Part shown: positions 18,045 through 26,576 of the stretch, piece after piece
Layout: each line of letters begins with the position of its first letter
Numbering within the stretch: position 1 is the first letter of the stretch
Source of the DNA: an uncultured Methanosarcinales archaeon
GTDB lineage: Archaea > Nanobdellota > Nanobdellia > Woesearchaeales > GW2011-AR9
Direction: 5' to 3'
NCBI GenBank assembly: GCA_964344235.1
Contig: CAYFMJ010000002.1
Location: 13,320-77,319 of the forward strand
Length of the DNA stretch: 64,000 bases
Position numbers and translations under genes: made by a program
Notes under the pieces: generated by a model
The model's database searches: none
What the model was told of the DNA's origin: nothing
What the model saw: only the letters and a program-made list of their open reading frames with translations

Positions 18045-18074
18045 TTATAAAAAACCCCCCAAACTAACACTCTA
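18045..18074 (+). promoter_or_regulatory. conserved promoter/initiator element TTATAAAAAACCCCCCAAACTAACACTCTA (copy 1)
   Basis: 28/30 identical to 25590-25619. Lies 57 nt upstream of the rrp4 ATG. Confidence 0.5.
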
Positions 18075-18130
18075 AAGAAAAATACGGAGGCTATCCGCTA
18101 GAGTAGCATGAAAGTGGATAGAGACAAAAT

Positions 18131-18817
18131 ATGAGTAATATAAAAGTAGAAGATCGGGAAATTGTTATCCCGGGGCAAATTCTTGCAGAAGGAATGGATA
18201 ATCTTCCAGGCGAAAATACCTACCGAGAAGATGATAAAATTCATTCTAAAAAAGTTGGCTTAGTTTCAATCCGAGACAGAGTCATTCGAGTAACAGCAAT
18301 GTCTGGCCCTTACGTTCCAAAAGTAGGAGACAGAATTATTGCGCAGGTCATTGACATCACCATGAGTGGTTGGCGTGTTGATACAGGCACAGCGTACTCA
18401 GCAATGTTAAATGTCAAAGACGCAACGACACGATTCATTAAGCGTGATGAAGATCTGAGCCAGATTCTAGCAATTGGCGATTACCTAACTGTGGTTATTA
18501 CCAAAGTTACCTCTCAGAATTTGATTGATGTAACAATGAAAGAACCTGGTTTAGGAAAAATTCAGGGTGGTCGAATCATTAAAGTTAACTCCCACAAAGT
18601 TCCAAGAATCATCGGAAAAAAGGGAAGTATGATCTCATTACTGAAAGAAAAAACCGGCTGTTCAATTACAGTTGGCCAAAACGGCTTTGTTTCAATTAAA
18701 GGAACACCAGAAAACGAACTCAAAGTTGAGAGTGCTATCCATCTCATTGAAGCTAAATCTCACGAGTCTGGTTTAACCGAGAAAATTGAAGCATTCCTCG
18801 CAGGAGGTGCAGCGTAA
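18131..18817 (+). CDS. rrp4: exosome RNA-binding subunit Rrp4 (S1 + KH)
   Basis: PG..L N-terminal domain, S1 (GDRIIAQVIDI..SGWRVD), KH (IIGKKGSMISLL). Sits upstream of rrp41. Confidence 0.85.
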   Translation: MSNIKVEDREIVIPGQILAEGMDNLPGENTYREDDKIHSKKVGLVSIRDRVIRVTAMSGPYVPKVGDRIIAQVIDITMSGWRVDTGTAYSAMLNVKDATTRFIKRDEDLSQILAIGDYLTVVITKVTSQNLIDVTMKEPGLGKIQGGRIIKVNSHKVPRIIGKKGSMISLLKEKTGCSITVGQNGFVSIKGTPENELKVESAIHLIEAKSHESGLTEKIEAFLAGGAA

Positions 18818-19548
18818 TGGTATACAAACAACGATTAGACGGCAGAAAAGACGACGAGTTACGTCCAATGGAAGCTAAGGTTGGTGTTATTCCAAACGCT
18901 GACGGCTCCGCTTCATTTAAGATTGGGAAAACACACGCTATTGCAGCAGTCTACGGACCAAGGGAACTGTTTCCTAGGTTCTTACAGAATCCTAAAACGG
19001 GAATTTTACGATGTCATTACACAATGATGCCGTTCTCAGGTTCAGGAGAGAGAATCCGTCCTGGAAAAAGTAGACGAGCTCAGGAAATTTCCATGGTTAT
19101 GACGAAAGCGTTATCTCCGGTGTTAGATTTAACAGAATTTCCAAACGCTGTTGTTGATGTCTTTGTACAATTACCACAAACTGATGCAGGAACACGATGT
19201 GCAGCTATTACTGCAGCTTCCATGGCTCTTGCAGATGCAGGAATTCCAATGAAAGACATGATCTCTTCAGTGGCTGTGGGAAATGTTGATGATAAAATCG
19301 TCGCAGACCTAACGTACAAAGAGGAGCAGATCGGTCAATTCAATCCGGAATCAAAGGACGCTCCTGTATCCGACATTCCATTAGCAATGTTGCATAACAC
19401 CAAAGAGATTTCACTTCTGCAAATGGATGGTGAAATTTCCCGGGATGATTTAGTAAAATCATTAGAACTTGCAAAAATTGCTATGGAAAAGATCTACGAA
19501 GTGCAGAAGCAAGCACTGTTAGCAAAATTCACAGGTGACGCACAATGA
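18817..19548 (+). CDS. rrp41: exosome catalytic subunit Rrp41 (RNase PH fold)
   Basis: RLDGRKDDELRP...ADGSA...AAVYGPRE and QTDAGTRCAAITAASMALADAGIPM. Confidence 0.9.
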   Translation: MVYKQRLDGRKDDELRPMEAKVGVIPNADGSASFKIGKTHAIAAVYGPRELFPRFLQNPKTGILRCHYTMMPFSGSGERIRPGKSRRAQEISMVMTKALSPVLDLTEFPNAVVDVFVQLPQTDAGTRCAAITAASMALADAGIPMKDMISSVAVGNVDDKIVADLTYKEEQIGQFNPESKDAPVSDIPLAMLHNTKEISLLQMDGEISRDDLVKSLELAKIAMEKIYEVQKQALLAKFTGDAQ

Positions 19549-20336
19549 TTAGCAACAAACGAACAGTAAAACAACTTGCAGCAGAAGGCAAGCGACTAGA
19601 CATGCGTGGTTTAACCGACTACCGTGAACCAATTGAAATCTCGACAGAAATTTCATGGACCGCAGAAGGCTCAGCGCAAGTTACAATCGGCAAGACCGTT
19701 GTTATGGCTGGTGTGAAACTATCACTAGAGAAACCATACAACGATACTCCCGATGAGGGTGGCATTATGATTAATGCTGAACTAACTCCTCTATCAAGTC
19801 CAGAGTATGAAGCTGGTCCACCGCCAATTAAAGCTATTGAGTTAGCGAGAGTAACGGACAGAGGAATTCGAGAAGCGAAAGCAATCGATGTGAAGAAACT
19901 CTGTGTAACTCCTGGCGAGAAAGCATGGTTTGTTATTGTTGATATTGTAACGATTAACGATGATGGAAACCTGTTTGACGCAGCAAGCTTAGCAGCAATC
20001 ACCGCTTTGAAAGCAGCACGGTTCCCAGTTGTTGATGAAGCAACTGGAGCTATCAACTACAAAGAGAAAACAGATACACCTGTTCCTCTCGACAAAGAAC
20101 CTCTTTCAGTAACTGTGTACAAAATCAACGGCGCATTAGTTGTTGACCCAACACGGGAAGAAGAGAACGCCTATGATGCTCGGTTAACTGTTGCTATTGA
20201 TAAAAATGGCACAATCTCAGCAATGCAGAAAGGTGGTGAGGGTCTTTTGACTGTTGAAGAAGTTGCACAAGTAGCTGACATCGCAATGGAAAAATCAGCA
20301 TTTCTTCGTGAGAAAGTAAATGCAAAGGTGAACTAA
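19545..20336 (+). CDS. rrp42: exosome subunit Rrp42 (RNase PH fold, inactive)
   Basis: R.DMRGLTDYREP..., about 263 aa. 4-nt overlap with rrp41. Confidence 0.9.
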   Translation: MISNKRTVKQLAAEGKRLDMRGLTDYREPIEISTEISWTAEGSAQVTIGKTVVMAGVKLSLEKPYNDTPDEGGIMINAELTPLSSPEYEAGPPPIKAIELARVTDRGIREAKAIDVKKLCVTPGEKAWFVIVDIVTINDDGNLFDAASLAAITALKAARFPVVDEATGAINYKEKTDTPVPLDKEPLSVTVYKINGALVVDPTREEENAYDARLTVAIDKNGTISAMQKGGEGLLTVEEVAQVADIAMEKSAFLREKVNAKVN

Positions 20337-20337
20337 C

Positions 20338-20553
20338 ATGGCACATGACGAAGTAACATACACAAAGTACGAAAAAGCACGGATGATCGGATCCAGAGCT
20401 TTACAGCTTTCAATGGGTGCTCCGTTCTTGCTAAAGTTAAGTGAAGAAGAATTAACCAAAATCAGATATGACGTGATTCAGTTAGCAATCATGGAATTTG
20501 ATGAGGGAGTTCTTCCAATCACCGTTAAGAGACCTATTGCGAAGGCCAAATAA
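20338..20553 (+). CDS. rpoK: DNA-directed RNA polymerase subunit K (Rpb6 homologue)
   Basis: TKYEKARMIGSRALQLSMGAP signature. Confidence 0.85.
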   Translation: MAHDEVTYTKYEKARMIGSRALQLSMGAPFLLKLSEEELTKIRYDVIQLAIMEFDEGVLPITVKRPIAKAK

Positions 20554-20627
20554 CTTTATTTTATGCTTTTTTGAAACCACTTGTGGGTGACGAAAGACTT
20601 ATAAAAGAACCTACCATATTACTAACT

Positions 20628-21257
20628 ATGGCTAGAAAAAAGGAAAAACGTCGTAGGAAGCGTGGTGCAAGGGCAGTTGTTTACACCCCCAAAGATCGTT
20701 CCAGGTCGAAGGAAGGCTTTTTCCACCCTTTATATTTTTACACTCTTGGGGTTCAGTTTGTATACACTATCAGTAGCCTGCCAGACTCATTTCAAGAACA
20801 ACTGGCACAAAGCCCAATCACAACAATTACCGGTGCTAGTCTAACGGCTTTGGGAGTTGGGTTGGGGGTAAGAACTCAAGTTTACATGAAGCAACATTTC
20901 TCGCATAATCCAGATGGGAGTTTAGAAAATACACTTGCTACAGATGGTCCCTATGGTCTGGTTAGACACCCTATTTATTCCTGCTTTAGAGCAGCAAATG
21001 TGGGAATGGGATTAATGTTCCCAACTCCAATAAATATAGGATTAACCGTAGCTGCTTTAACCTTTTCTGAAGCACAATCAAGGGCGGAAGAGAGAAGATG
21101 CCTGAAAGATTTTGGTCCTAATTATGCTGAATACAAAGAAAGAACTCCTCGCTGGATTCCCCGAATTAAAACCTTAAAACAACGCATTGGGGAATACTCA
21201 GTCAGACATCCAAAATTAACTGGTGTAGTAAATACACTGGGCACAATGCTTGGATAA
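20628..21257 (+). CDS. isoprenylcysteine carboxyl methyltransferase / phospholipid methyltransferase family membrane protein
   Basis: TDGPYGLVRHPIYS...E...L...FG..Y..Y motif. Start taken at the ATG at 20628, 22 nt after CTTATAAAAG. Confidence 0.7.
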   Translation: MARKKEKRRRKRGARAVVYTPKDRSRSKEGFFHPLYFYTLGVQFVYTISSLPDSFQEQLAQSPITTITGASLTALGVGLGVRTQVYMKQHFSHNPDGSLENTLATDGPYGLVRHPIYSCFRAANVGMGLMFPTPINIGLTVAALTFSEAQSRAEERRCLKDFGPNYAEYKERTPRWIPRIKTLKQRIGEYSVRHPKLTGVVNTLGTMLG

Positions 21258-21262
21258 CAATT

Positions 21263-21553
21263 ATGAACTCCACAATAACCCAACAAAAACTGGACAAATA
21301 TTTCTCGATCACCAAAGAAGCATTGGATATGGCACGTGATAAATTCAATCCTCAAAGAGAAACGGAAGCAGCAGACTTCTTCGATATGGCAGAACGCTAC
21401 TACAACGACGCTCATTTCTTTCTCAATGAAAAGCAAGATGCAGTCCTAGCATTTGCTGCTCTAAACTACGCCCATGGCTGGCTTGATGCGGGGGCAAGGA
21501 TTGGTTTATTTGACGTAAAAGACGATAGGTTATTCACAGTTGATGCAGAGTAA
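21263..21553 (+). CDS. DUF357-family protein
   Basis: A.DF..MAERYY.DA..F......V.AFAALNYAHGWLDAG pattern (family recalled from memory). Confidence 0.6.
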   Translation: MNSTITQQKLDKYFSITKEALDMARDKFNPQRETEAADFFDMAERYYNDAHFFLNEKQDAVLAFAALNYAHGWLDAGARIGLFDVKDDRLFTVDAE

Positions 21554-21659
21554 CCACTAAACGGTACTAAATAAACCAAAAGATTTATAAAGCGTTTACA
21601 GTTATAGAGTAATTAAGAGGTTCTGAGAGTGGTCGATGTGTTAATGGAGGCAAATAACA

Positions 21660-22445
21660 ATGATCGTCCAAAAAGATTTCCTGAACAAACTCAAAGACTT
21701 CGGTCTCAATTCATATGAAAGTAAACTCTGGATCGCTCTCTTAAGCCGTGGCGTTTCAACCGCAGGAGAATTATCAGATATCTCAAACGTACCTCGATCA
21801 CGAGCGTATGATGTTCTTGAAAGTTTAGAAAAGAAGGGCTTTATTATTGTAAAAGTAGGAAAACCAATCAAATATCTTGCTGTTCCACCGTCTGAAGTTA
21901 TTGAAAGAGTAAAGAAAAAAGTACAAGACGAAGCAGAACAGCGGAATAAAATTCTAACAGAATTAAAAGATTCAAATATCCTTGGAGAATTAAACACACT
22001 TCACACAGAAGGTGTTAAATTAGTTGACCCAACCGATAAGAGTGGCGCTTTTCGAGGCCGAGATAAAGTCCATGACCACTTAGTTTCTATGGTAAAGCGA
22101 GCAAAGTCTAACATTACTTTAATGAATTCAAAAGAAGGAGCAGATAGAAAATTAGATTTGCTTGCAAACCATCTCAAAAAAGCAGCAAAGAATGGTGTTG
22201 AAATTAACGTAACAGTTCCTACTGGTACAAGCAAAGAAACTATTACACAATTCGAGACCGTTGCAAAAGTGAAGCAGCTGAAAAACACCACAGCACGATT
22301 CTGTATGGTTGACGGTCAGGAATTACTACTATTCTTAACAGATGATAAGAACGTTCACAAAAGTTACGATTGTGCAGTATGGTTAGACGCACCGTATTTC
22401 GTAAGCTACTTCGAGAACCTCTTCCAGAACGAATGGAGGAAATAA
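21660..22445 (+). CDS. TrmB-family transcriptional regulator
   Basis: N-terminal wHTH LGLNSYESKLWIALLSRGVSTAGELSDISNVPRSRAYDVLESLEKKGF plus the TrmB C-terminal domain length. Confidence 0.8.
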   Translation: MIVQKDFLNKLKDFGLNSYESKLWIALLSRGVSTAGELSDISNVPRSRAYDVLESLEKKGFIIVKVGKPIKYLAVPPSEVIERVKKKVQDEAEQRNKILTELKDSNILGELNTLHTEGVKLVDPTDKSGAFRGRDKVHDHLVSMVKRAKSNITLMNSKEGADRKLDLLANHLKKAAKNGVEINVTVPTGTSKETITQFETVAKVKQLKNTTARFCMVDGQELLLFLTDDKNVHKSYDCAVWLDAPYFVSYFENLFQNEWRK

Positions 22446-22476
22446 TTTTTTAAATTAGAATAGGTTTTGCTTTAAA

Positions 22477-22841
22477 ATGGGAACCATCGATACATTTGTT
22501 GTGGTGACTCTAGAACCGGTCGTTGGCCACTCCCGCTTTGCTGAAGAATCTGATCACTATATCTGTGTTGGTGTCTATGCCGAGCCTTTGACAATAGATG
22601 GTGATGAGGCTGATTTTTCCACAGTTCTAGCAGAAGGCTTGCGGATCAAAGGAAACGGGGGAAAGTAATCTACGAAGGTGGATTACTCTTGGACCCACTA
22701 AGCGCGTCGGATTATGGCTTCATGTTAGCTCAGGAATTTGGCGGCCAAGCAGATGAAACGTCGGGCTATGGTGGTCTAACTATTCGCTTTCCCGCGAGTA
22801 GAGAGGAAGCACTATTAGCTCGCTTACAACCAGATCAGTAA
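22477..22841 (+). pseudogene. orphan GC-elevated gene in two overlapping frames (frameshifted gene, homopolymer error, or -1 recoding)
   Basis: ORF 22477-22668 ends ...GGG GGA AAG TAA. The -1 frame is open from 22614 to the stop at 22839-22841 with no start codon of its own. The G GGA AAG heptamer is at 22659-22665. A TATA-like TTTTTTAAATTA lies about 20 nt upstream of the ATG. Confidence 0.4.
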
Positions 22842-22871
22842 ATTTTTAAACCCCCTTTCTTTTCTTTCTCT

Positions 22872-23216
22872 ATGTCCTTAAAACAAGTAATTCTCGTACG
22901 ACAAGACCTCAAACTACCGAAAGGGAAGGCAGCAGCGCAAGCAGCCCATGCCTCTGTGGAAGCTGTTCTCAAATCCCCTCCACAACTCGTCAAAGATTGG
23001 CGTGCAACAGGTATGGCTAAGATTGTGTTGAAAGTAAAGAATGAGAAAGAATTGATCAAATACTTTCAAATGGCCAAAGATGAGGGCATCACAGCTTCGT
23101 TAATCACAGACGCTGGCAGAACTGTCATCGCTCCTGGAACAAAGACCTGCGTGGGAATCGGTCCGGATGAAGAAGAAACCATCGACCATCTTACGAGTGA
23201 GTTACCTCTTCTCTAA
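22872..23216 (+). CDS. pth2: peptidyl-tRNA hydrolase, archaeal type (Pth2)
   Basis: KQVILVRQDLKLPKGKAAAQAAHASV...DAGRT...PGT.T..GIGP. Confidence 0.85.
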   Translation: MSLKQVILVRQDLKLPKGKAAAQAAHASVEAVLKSPPQLVKDWRATGMAKIVLKVKNEKELIKYFQMAKDEGITASLITDAGRTVIAPGTKTCVGIGPDEEETIDHLTSELPLL

Positions 23217-23253
23217 CCAAAAATTTATAAATAAACTACGTCCCAAACCTGTT

Positions 23254-23562
23254 ATGAAGCTACCAAAGACGATTAAACGGTATAATCCGAAATTACGGAA
23301 GCATACCGTGCATAAAGTAGTACAAGTGAAGAAACGTCAGGCTAGTTCTCTCAAGCGAGGTTCAAAATATCGAGCGAAGAAACGAGGAGAAGCACGTGGT
23401 GTTGGCGGTCACGGTAGATATTCTAAACCTGCCGTAACAAAGTTCAAACGGACTGGTGCGAAAGCTACCAAGAAAACCAATTTAGTCTTTGAATGTACAG
23501 AGAGTAAAATGAAATTCTCTCAGAAAAGCGGGAAGCGAACAAAGAGATTGGAATTAATTTAA
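23254..23562 (+). CDS. rpl44e: 50S ribosomal protein L44e
   Basis: MKLPKTIKRY...KHT.HKV...KK... is the L44e pattern. Start moved to the ATG at 23254. The zinc-ribbon cysteines are largely absent (see findings). Confidence 0.85.
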   Translation: MKLPKTIKRYNPKLRKHTVHKVVQVKKRQASSLKRGSKYRAKKRGEARGVGGHGRYSKPAVTKFKRTGAKATKKTNLVFECTESKMKFSQKSGKRTKRLELI

Positions 23563-23563
23563 A

Positions 23564-23740
23564 ATGGCTGAACCAAAAAGCAAATTTATCAAAGTACGAT
23601 GTTCCGATTGTAAGAACGAACAGATTATTTTTGGTAACGCAAGTAATGTTGTAAAGTGCTTAGTATGTAGCAAAGAAATGGCCTACCCAACTGGCGGTAA
23701 ATCCAAGATTTCTGCACGTGTTTTAGAAGTGTTTGGGTAA
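23564..23740 (+). CDS. rps27e: 30S ribosomal protein S27e
   Basis: 58 aa, FIKVRCSDCKNEQIIFGNASNVVKCLVCSKEMAYPTGGK. CxxC...CxxC zinc ribbon. Below the track cut-off. Canonical L44e-S27e order. Confidence 0.85.
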   Translation: MAEPKSKFIKVRCSDCKNEQIIFGNASNVVKCLVCSKEMAYPTGGKSKISARVLEVFG

Positions 23741-23782
23741 ACGACACAATCTTTTTAAAGAGCTCTCTTCCTTACAGATAAA

Positions 23783-24562
23783 ATGCTCTATAAATTATCT
23801 GGCTTACCGGAAGAAGGAGAAATCGTTCTCTGTAAAGTTACCAAGATCTATCCAAACTCCGTTTTCGTTGATCTCTTAGAATACCGTGATTCAGGAATGG
23901 TCCACATTTCAGAAGTTTCTCCGGGAAGAATCCGGAACTTACGTGATTATGTAAGTGTCGGTAGACAAATTGTCTGTAAAGTTCTTAGAATTGATAGAGA
24001 TCGTGGTCATATCGATCTCTCATTACGACGAGTTAACTCTAATCAGCGAAGAGAAAAATTAGATGAGATTAAACAAGAACTAAAGTCAGAACAACTTGTT
24101 AAAACAATCGCAAAAAAATTAGGAAAAAAGACCGAAGAATTATACAAAGAACTCACTGCGAAAGTGTTCAAAGAGTACTCTCACTTATACCTATGCTTCA
24201 AAGATATTGTTGATGGGGAAGTTGATTTAGCAAAACTTGGTGTCCCAACAAAAATTGCCAAAGAATTTACGGATGCCGTTATTGAAAAATTCAAACCGAA
24301 GAAAATCACCCTCAAAGGAGAGATCACATTACAGACATACGATCCTGCAGGTATTGAGAAAATTAAAGAAACACTTCTTGCAATTGAAAAAGTTTCTGAC
24401 ACTATTGATTTATTCTACTTAGGAGCTGGAAGGTATAAATTAACGATTGAAGATTTTGACTATAAGCCAGCTGAGAAAACGTTAGCAAAAGCTAAAGACA
24501 TTCTTGAGAAGTTTAATGGCAAACAGTCAACTGCAACATTCCAACGGGAGAAAAACGAATGA
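23783..24562 (+). CDS. eif2a: translation initiation factor aIF2 alpha subunit
   Basis: N-terminal S1 domain (PEEGEIVLCKVTKI...GMVHISEVS.GRIRNLRDYV), about 260 aa. Confidence 0.9.
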   Translation: MLYKLSGLPEEGEIVLCKVTKIYPNSVFVDLLEYRDSGMVHISEVSPGRIRNLRDYVSVGRQIVCKVLRIDRDRGHIDLSLRRVNSNQRREKLDEIKQELKSEQLVKTIAKKLGKKTEELYKELTAKVFKEYSHLYLCFKDIVDGEVDLAKLGVPTKIAKEFTDAVIEKFKPKKITLKGEITLQTYDPAGIEKIKETLLAIEKVSDTIDLFYLGAGRYKLTIEDFDYKPAEKTLAKAKDILEKFNGKQSTATFQREKNE

Positions 24563-24735
24563 AGCAACAAATCCATAAATGTCCTTCTTGTTCACAATAC
24601 ACTCTGAATCAAGCTTGTTCTTGCGGCACGAAAACAGAATTACCCTGTCCACCGAAATTCTCATTACAAGATAAATACGCTTCCTATAGAAGAGAAGCTA
24701 AAAAAGAAAGTCTGAAAGAAAAAGGACTTTACTAA
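24559..24735 (+). CDS. nop10: H/ACA RNP protein Nop10
   Basis: 58 aa, KCPSCSQYTL...CSCG......PPKFSLQDKYASYRRE. ATGA overlap with aIF2alpha. Below the track cut-off. Confidence 0.8.
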   Translation: MKQQIHKCPSCSQYTLNQACSCGTKTELPCPPKFSLQDKYASYRREAKKESLKEKGLY

Positions 24736-25493
24736 CCTAAGTTAACATTCAAATCATCGCCTCTCACACGGATTCCCTGTGCTAGACCCTGTAATTGTAA
24801 TGTTTCTTCAGCAGCTTTGTCAACCAAAAATTCTCCGTCAAATGAATCGATGAATACTTTATCCCCATCTAACTGCTGCTGTAATCTCTCACCAACAACT
24901 AACTCGCCGCTACCTCGCTCTAATTGCAGATCTTTCAATTCAATCTCATCAATATAGAGGTAATCATATCCTAAATTACTAAAGGAAATAGCAATCTCTT
25001 TTCCCGCTGAGAGTGCAACATCGTTAACTTCTAATCTCTTTGCGGTTCCTTTAATAGAGAAACCAACCCCCTGAAAGTCAACGGTTCCTTTGAAATCTTC
25101 AATAACTAACGCAACCTCATTTAAGTTACTTAACTCTAATTTATCATTATTCACTTTAATCTCAGCTGCACTATCATCGAAGCGCAACTGCATATTCTTC
25201 ACTTTCGCTTCCTCTTTAAACGTCGGCACTTTATCAAACGCCAGAATCATATCTACTCTCTTTGAAGGAGAAGACGTTTTCGTTGTACTCGTAGTAGCAG
25301 TTGTTTCTGCTGCATCGTCCGCTTTTTCCGTTGTATTCCCAATCGAACTTACGATAGCATTTGTAATACTAAATCCATCCCCATCATTATTCGCTAAGAG
25401 TAGAATAAAGATACCACCAACAACCAACGTTACCATCACTATATAGAACCGTACGTGATGATGTGCTGAATGCCCGCCTGCTGGATGAACCAT
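24732..25493 (-). CDS. hypothetical membrane-anchored extracellular protein
   Basis: N-terminal TM (FYIVMVTLVVGGIFILLL), Thr/Ser-rich linker, then a beta-rich domain. No family recognised. Confidence 0.5.
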   Translation of the reverse strand: MVHPAGGHSAHHHVRFYIVMVTLVVGGIFILLLANNDGDGFSITNAIVSSIGNTTEKADDAAETTATTSTTKTSSPSKRVDMILAFDKVPTFKEEAKVKNMQLRFDDSAAEIKVNNDKLELSNLNEVALVIEDFKGTVDFQGVGFSIKGTAKRLEVNDVALSAGKEIAISFSNLGYDYLYIDEIELKDLQLERGSGELVVGERLQQQLDGDKVFIDSFDGEFLVDKAAEETLQLQGLAQGIRVRGDDLNVNLG

Positions 25494-25589
25494 AATATGA
25501 CCTCGTTTTCAGGGAGTATGAAGTTCTCTAGCGTTAATAAGTTTTTTGGTTGTTAAACAATACTGACCTCTCAGAATTGAGCATAACCT

Positions 25590-25619
25590 TTATAAAAAAC
25601 CCTCCTAACTAACACTCTA
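25590..25619 (+). promoter_or_regulatory. conserved promoter/initiator element TTATAAAAAACCCTCCTAACTAACACTCTA (copy 2)
   Basis: 28/30 identical to 18045-18074. Lies 74 nt upstream of the rps15 ATG. Confidence 0.5.
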
Positions 25620-25692
25620 TCGAGAGGTACACCGGCTACGGCTTGTGTATACTGGAGAGAAGCATAGACTTATTCTCCAAGAGGCAAATATA

Positions 25693-26145
25693 ATGGCACG
25701 AATGCATAGTAGAGATAAAGGAAAAAGTCGAAGTTCCAAACCACCAAAGAGTATCCCCTCCTGGGCACCTCACAAAGGTAAGGAAGTCGAGAAATTAGTG
25801 GTAAAATACGCAAAGGCAGATCACAGCTCCAGCGAAATTGGCATGATCTTACGAGATAATTACGGAATTCAAAGTGTAAAAGCACTTACCGAAAAAACAA
25901 TTTCCCAAATCATGGAAGAAAATGGTATCACTAAAACCCTTCCAGAAGATTTACTAAACTTAATCCGAAAAATGATTCATGTAAAAACACACTTCGAGAA
26001 GAACCGACAAGATAAAACAGCGAAGCGTGGTTTACTCTTAACCAGTTCCAAAATCAGACGGTTAGTGAAGTATTACAAAGCTTCAAAGAAACTACCAGCT
26101 GATTGGAAATTAGACATGAATCGATTAAAGATTTACTTAGAATAA
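25693..26145 (+). CDS. rps15: 30S ribosomal protein S15 (eukaryotic S13 homologue)
   Basis: MARMHSRDKGKSRS.KP start and a C-terminal S15 helical domain. Start moved to the ATG at 25693. Confidence 0.9.
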   Translation: MARMHSRDKGKSRSSKPPKSIPSWAPHKGKEVEKLVVKYAKADHSSSEIGMILRDNYGIQSVKALTEKTISQIMEENGITKTLPEDLLNLIRKMIHVKTHFEKNRQDKTAKRGLLLTSSKIRRLVKYYKASKKLPADWKLDMNRLKIYLE

Positions 26146-26176
26146 GTTTTTTATTTTCTTTTTCAATTAAAAAACA

Positions 26177-26518
26177 ATGGGTGACTTACCAAAAACAAAA
26201 TTTACCAAATGCAATCCTGGAGACTATATTATGTCTCTTGACACAACAGTGATTTTCGAGATTGTAAGGTCCGGTGATGCCATGCCTACTGCATTTCAAG
26301 ACCGCGATGGTTGGGCGGGTGGAACTTTTGCTCCAGACACTCCTGTTATGAAGTGTTATTGGGTTCATCCCGAATTTAGAGACCAACAACCTCTCTCTGA
26401 AGGCCAAACAACCATTGATTACTTCAGGCAAGATTTTTATGGGCCTTTCACAAGAGAATTTGTTGATTTTGGAATTGAGAAAATGATGGAAGAATATAAG
26501 TCTCATGAAAAAGTGTAA
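26177..26518 (+). CDS. hypothetical protein
   Basis: 113-aa ORF. The antisense ORF of similar size in the track is less protein-like. No motif recognised. Confidence 0.45.
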   Translation: MGDLPKTKFTKCNPGDYIMSLDTTVIFEIVRSGDAMPTAFQDRDGWAGGTFAPDTPVMKCYWVHPEFRDQQPLSEGQTTIDYFRQDFYGPFTREFVDFGIEKMMEEYKSHEKV

Positions 26519-26576
26519 ACAACAAAAAAATAAACTTATAACATAGTTTTGATACTTGCGCTAGTAAGTTCCAAAA

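Noticed and set aside
22700-22790. Possible SRP (7S) RNA. The segment GGCGGCCAAGCAGATGAAACGTCGGGCTATGG loosely resembles the 3' side of bacterial 4.5S helix 8/5 (AGCCAAGGCAGATGACGCGTGTGCCGGGATG), and the region is GC-rich in an AT-rich genome.
   Set aside because: No GNAR-tetraloop helix 8 with the AGCA/GGUCA loops could be drawn. There is no long 5'/3' pairing rod. The region reads as good protein in two frames joined at a slippery heptamer, with a promoter at leaderless distance. It is better explained as coding (see the frameshift finding).
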